DNA of 64,000 nucleotides, taken from the NCBI GenBank assembly GCA_965208325.1, contig OZ242326.1, forward strand, positions 1,056,001 to 1,120,000. Direction: 5' to 3'. The notes under the pieces were generated by a model that saw nothing but the letters and a program-made list of their open reading frames with translations, had not been told where the DNA came from and did no database searches. Of the stretch, positions 60,053-64,000 are shown piece by piece. Position numbers and translations under genes: made by a program. The first letter of the stretch is position 1. Every line of letters starts with the position of its first letter. This DNA comes from Candidatus Poribacteria bacterium (lineage in GTDB: Bacteria; Poribacteria; WGA-4E; PCPOR2b).

Positions 60053-61222
60053 GTGATTCCTACGACGAAAATTAAGCATCTTCCGATAGCGATTATTGAC
60101 GGAGACCGATCTAAAAGGTATCCGAAAAGAAGCGAATTTCGTCTCGGTACAAAAATTCAATCAGATAAAAAAAGGGCGGCTCCGACGCCTTGATATCGTG
60201 ATGACCACACGAGGGAGCATTGGAAAAGTGGCACTCTTTGATTGCCAACCTCCTACGGGGTTAATCAATGCACAGATGCTTATTCTGAGAGCCGATGGCG
60301 AGATAATTAATCCCAAATTTCTATTTTATCAGATTTGTAGCGAGGATTTTCAAACGAAGCTGAGAAACTTTGCGTCTGGTTCCGCACAACCACAGATTCC
60401 AATTATAGATTTAATGGAGGTTGAAGTTGCCGTTCCAGATTTACCTGTCCAGCATCAAATCGCCTCCATCCTCAGCGCCTACGACGACCTCATAGATAAC
60501 AACACCCGCCGCATCAAAATCCTTGAAGACATGGCGGCAACTATCTACCGGCAATGGTTCGTCGAATTCCGCTTCCCCGGCCACGAACACGTCCCAATGG
60601 TCGAGTCAGAGTTAGGATTGATACCGCAGGGGTGGGCGGTGAGCACACTCGGAGATTTGGCGGAATCCGTCAGACGTAATATCAAGCCAAGCGATGTAAA
60701 TCAACCAACACCATATTTTGGTTTAGAACACCTACCCCGAAAATCAATCGCCCTTACAAATTGGGCCTCTCCGATTCAATTAACAGTACAAAGTTGGGAT
60801 TCAAAAAGGGCGAAATTCTGTTCAGTAAAATTCGCCCCTATTTTCACAAAGTTGGTGTTGCGCCAATAGATGGCATTTGTTCATCGGATACAATCGTGAT
60901 ACGTCCAATAAAAAACGAATTCTTTGCAATTACCTTGTCTTGCGTTTCAAGTGAGCACTTTATCGAATACGCGACTACAACCTCCCAAGGAACAAAAATG
61001 CCACGAGCCGATTGGAACGTGCTTTCAGATTATCCACTTGTAATGCCACATGATCAAATTGTTCAGCGTTTCCGTGGTTTTGTTGACGATGCGATCGACA
61101 AAATTCAGAATATGATTTTTCGGAACAGAAACCTCCGTCAAACCCGAGACCTTCACCTTCCCAAACTCATCTCTGGTGAGATTGACATATCCGAATTTAA
61201 CATCGACATGGACGGAACATAA
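60053..61222 (+). pseudogene. hsdS: Type I R-M specificity subunit S, split over three frames
   Basis: GTG 60053 gives MIPTT..IIDGDRSKRYPKRSEF. After a shift near 60134-60140 come ..DIVMTTRGSIG..GSAQP..IASILSAYDDLIDNN..WFVEFRFPG. After a shift at GGG 60763-60765 come ..ILFSKIRPYFHK..GTKMPRADW..RDLHLPKLISGEID. Confidence 0.88.
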
Positions 61223-61474
61223 CTGCGTACAAATGCCAACGCAAACCCTGTATCCGTTTTAACGCATCATTGCAAAAACTATGAAAATTTCATAGTACCA
61301 TTTTTTCAAAAGTCGGCTAAACCCGCACCCTACCTACGTTTACTGACATTCGTCGCCCGCTCTTTTTCACAGTTTACTATGAAAACTATGAAATTCTGGC
61401 ACCAAAATCGCCCATCGCTTCACAGATACGAAAATTTTACAACAACCTGATATTAGCGAGAATTACGATTAACT

Positions 61475-61502
61475 TTCGCAATAAACCAATGTGTGATAAA
61501 AT
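61475..61502 (+). promoter_or_regulatory. Extended -10 promoter for the ATPase operon
   Basis: TTCGCA-16 nt-TAAAAT with TGn. Confidence 0.4.
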
Positions 61503-61547
61503 ATCTTCGTCTTATTGCCGTACACTAGCGAGGAAAGGTGCCCACCC

Positions 61548-62729
61548 ATGCCGCAAGCGAAACCATTTTTGGAAAAAGTTCATATCAAAAACTACCGGAG
61601 TTTGCGCGATGTCACTCTCTCGCTTAAACCAATAACAGTGCTAGTCGGACCGAACGCAAGTGGCAAATCAAATATCATAAGAGCCTTGAACGGTCTGAGC
61701 GCGATGATGATACGTGAAAGCCTGCCCCAAGTTCAGGCATTTCGAGACGCGCTTTGGGCAGGCGGTGCGAACGACATAGCTTTCCAATTACAAGCAAGAG
61801 TCGGGAAGTTCCTGGCCATATATGATTTGGTGCTTAAAGGGGATACTGATGAGACTTCAGTGGACGAGGCATTATTGGTAAACGATGTTCAAGTCATATC
61901 AATTCAGAGCGGCCAGGGCGTAGTTCAGGATGAGGATGGCACGACGCGGACAAAATACAAATCCAAAAAACTCGCTTTGAAATCGGCTGGCGATTACGGA
62001 AACAAGCCAGTTACAAAAGCCCTAACCCAGTACATTAAGGCTTGGGTAATTTCTGATTTACGACCGGAACGCATACGAGATGATTTCGAGGAATTTACGT
62101 TAGTTACAGCGGGACTAACTCCTGGTCAATCCAGTACGTTGCGTGACTCTTCACGGCATCGTAATAGACATGTAATATCTGCGCAACTCTGGTACTGGTA
62201 CGAGAACGATCGCGCGCGTTTCGACAGCGTAAGTTCATCCCTCGAAAATTCTACAAATTTCAGAATAGACCAATGCCCAATTGACGGAAACGATCAACTC
62301 TGTCTGTTGAAAGGATATGAGACGCCGCTAACTCTGGTGGGCGCATCTGACGGCACATTGAGTCTCGTCGCATACTACGTCATTCTCAACCAGCCCGAAT
62401 TACCACCACTTCTTGCCCTTGAAGAACCGGAGCGCAATCTCCACCCCGGAGTTTTGACCGACATTGCAAATGTCCTTGAACAGCTTTCCAAACGTACCCA
62501 AGTCATTATCACGACCCATAGCTCCCAACTCCTTGATGCCTTTAATAGTGAAAATTTGTCGGAGTCGTTGGGGGTTTTGCTCCTACGCAACCGCCCCGGT
62601 AGTGGGACGGAAGTTATCAACATTGAAGACATCCGCGAAAACAGAGCCTCCCTGGACGGTTGGATTACGGATTTCGGAATTGGCAGCGCGATTTTTGAGA
62701 GTGAACTTCTGCAAGACCTAATGGAGTAA
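61548..62729 (+). CDS. ABC/SMC-like (AAA_21-type) ATPase
   Basis: IKNYRSL, Walker A GPNASGKS, signature ASDGT, Walker B LALEEPE, NLHP and H-loop ITTHS. Confidence 0.9.
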   Translation: MPQAKPFLEKVHIKNYRSLRDVTLSLKPITVLVGPNASGKSNIIRALNGLSAMMIRESLPQVQAFRDALWAGGANDIAFQLQARVGKFLAIYDLVLKGDTDETSVDEALLVNDVQVISIQSGQGVVQDEDGTTRTKYKSKKLALKSAGDYGNKPVTKALTQYIKAWVISDLRPERIRDDFEEFTLVTAGLTPGQSSTLRDSSRHRNRHVISAQLWYWYENDRARFDSVSSSLENSTNFRIDQCPIDGNDQLCLLKGYETPLTLVGASDGTLSLVAYYVILNQPELPPLLALEEPERNLHPGVLTDIANVLEQLSKRTQVIITTHSSQLLDAFNSENLSESLGVLLLRNRPGSGTEVINIEDIRENRASLDGWITDFGIGSAIFESELLQDLME

Positions 62730-62734
62730 CCAGA

Positions 62735-63271
62735 ATGTCAACTGTAAGAATCTGGGATTTGAATTCGGATTACAACGCTATATCGGTCAAACGTATGACT
62801 GAAAAGTTGTCGCCAGATTTGCAACCTGCTGGACCACTAACGATCCGAACAGCCCGTAAAAAGGGGTTCCTGATTCGAAAAGGAAAAGGGAAAACCTTGA
62901 GCAACACATTGAGGAAGGCGATTCACCATTACCTCCAACAAGATGACTATGTCATTTTCGTCGCCGATTCCAATAGTCCGCCGCTGACACATCTACAACC
63001 ACAAACGTCGGACTCTTTAATCCGTCACGTTGAACAAGTCGTACAAGACAATATATTTGATGGCAAGGTATTCCTCGCACGAGGTATTCAGGAATTGAAA
63101 GCGTGGTTGCCAATTGTGCATAAATCTCTTGCAAGCCGCTCAACGAAATGGCAAGAAGAGTGGAACAGTGCCGTCGCGCTATTCCACGACGCCTTTGCCA
63201 ACACGCCTGAGAATGAGGTTGCGCGAGATCTTGATGAAACACTGGCGGAGGTGAGGCGTGAACGAACCTGA
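62735..63271 (+). CDS. Hypothetical protein: degenerate DUF4276/TOPRIM-like N-part plus antitoxin-like acidic C-terminal helix
   Basis: YVIFVADSN and IQELKAWL resemble the VVDxD/ELEAW motifs of ATPase-partner proteins; C-terminus ENEVARDLDETLAEVRRE overlaps the PIN gene start. Confidence 0.5.
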   Translation: MSTVRIWDLNSDYNAISVKRMTEKLSPDLQPAGPLTIRTARKKGFLIRKGKGKTLSNTLRKAIHHYLQQDDYVIFVADSNSPPLTHLQPQTSDSLIRHVEQVVQDNIFDGKVFLARGIQELKAWLPIVHKSLASRSTKWQEEWNSAVALFHDAFANTPENEVARDLDETLAEVRRERT

Positions 63272-63725
63272 AAATCGGTGGCGCGTTTACCGGATAACTA
63301 TTGACACCAATGTCCTTTTGCGTTCATTAATTGGGAGCAAAAACGACGCTAATCAACTGCTCTCCCTTTGGCATGAGTTGCGGTTTGTCCTTGTGTTATC
63401 GCAGGCAATTCTTGATGAAATACGGGAAGTTCTGACAAGACCCAATCTCACCCAAAAATATTCATATACGTTGCATTCAGTCACCAATCTAATCAATCTA
63501 TTGGGGCAACGAGCAGTCATTGTTGAAGTGCCTTTCTCATATGAATTATGCCGCGATGTTAAAGATAATCCGGTAGCCGATTGTGCGGTCTGGGGAAGAG
63601 TACAATTCTTGGTATCCTATGACAACGACTTCTTAGAAGATTCCACACTCAGACAAGTTTTGTTCGAATTTGGCGTTGAAATCGTTCATCCCGGTACCTT
63701 TCTGGAGACAATTCAGGGCACGTAA
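63258..63725 (+). CDS. PIN-domain putative toxin (PIN_3-like)
   Basis: IDTNVL, ILDEIREVL, CRDVKDN and LVSYDND acidic PIN residues. Confidence 0.88.
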   Translation: MNEPENRWRVYRITIDTNVLLRSLIGSKNDANQLLSLWHELRFVLVLSQAILDEIREVLTRPNLTQKYSYTLHSVTNLINLLGQRAVIVEVPFSYELCRDVKDNPVADCAVWGRVQFLVSYDNDFLEDSTLRQVLFEFGVEIVHPGTFLETIQGT

Positions 63726-63819
63726 GTCAACGCATCCGTTCCCGTCATTGATCGAGAGACGTTACATCTCAACAAATCTCTCCGCAAGCTAGGAAACGCG
63801 CTCGCCCATTTCAATTGAT

Positions 63820-63842
63820 GGGACTGAAAGCCCCTTTTTTTT
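63820..63842 (+). terminator. Possible intrinsic terminator
   Basis: Weak GGGACT-GAA-AGCCCC hairpin followed by T8. Confidence 0.3.
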
Positions 63843-63947
63843 ATAGACTGTAAAAACTGTAATTTTTTCGCAAGGGATTTACTGGACTAAAGGCAACGCT
63901 CAACTAAGCAAGGAAAGGGCAAACGTCACCTGACACAGTAAGAGAAT

Positions 63948-64000
63948 ATGAGTGAAGATATTAGATTCGAGCAGAGTTTTGGTAATGTGTTTCAGGACAT
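63948..64000 (+). CDS. Partial XRE/HigA-like HTH antitoxin (runs off the window)
   Basis: MSEDIRFEQSFGNVFQD resembles the 'SxGNVFxDLG' N-terminus of this family. Confidence 0.55.
   Translation, partial: MSEDIRFEQSFGNVFQD

Overview
This is a bacterial window, most likely Ca. Poribacteria. That is an inference from the two beta-propeller paralogues ending in a 'SVxPxNKLxTxWGxMK' tail, the PhyH and GH116 genes and a diderm envelope gene set. A ~33 kb co-oriented minus-strand block runs rsmH-ftsL-ftsI-murE-hydrolase-murF-ddl-mraY-lnt-prfB-lysS-lolCE-lolD-ilvE-bamA-skp-lpxD and ends in hrcA-grpE-dnaK-dnaJ, which has a perfect CIRCE. Directly after lpxD sits an archaeal-type isoprenoid ether-lipid gene set: a DGGGP synthase-like UbiA, a second UbiA, a ferredoxin, a geranylgeranyl reductase and a group II GGGP synthase. 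The most striking signal is in the reductase. It has a single in-frame TGA exactly at the conserved Cys of the archaeal 'GxPVRCxE' motif, followed by a bacterial SECIS-like hairpin, making it a candidate selenocysteine-containing lipid reductase that the ORF track splits. The right end is accessory. It holds a six-unit composite REP/BIME-like array and a type I R-M locus whose hsdM-hsdS junction is triplicated around inverted-repeat elements, one of which carries a GxxExxY nuclease-like gene. It also holds a broken hsdS, an ABC-ATPase / degenerate TOPRIM-antitoxin-like / PIN triplet, and a partial HTH antitoxin. All assignments come from motif recognition by eye; no searches were run.
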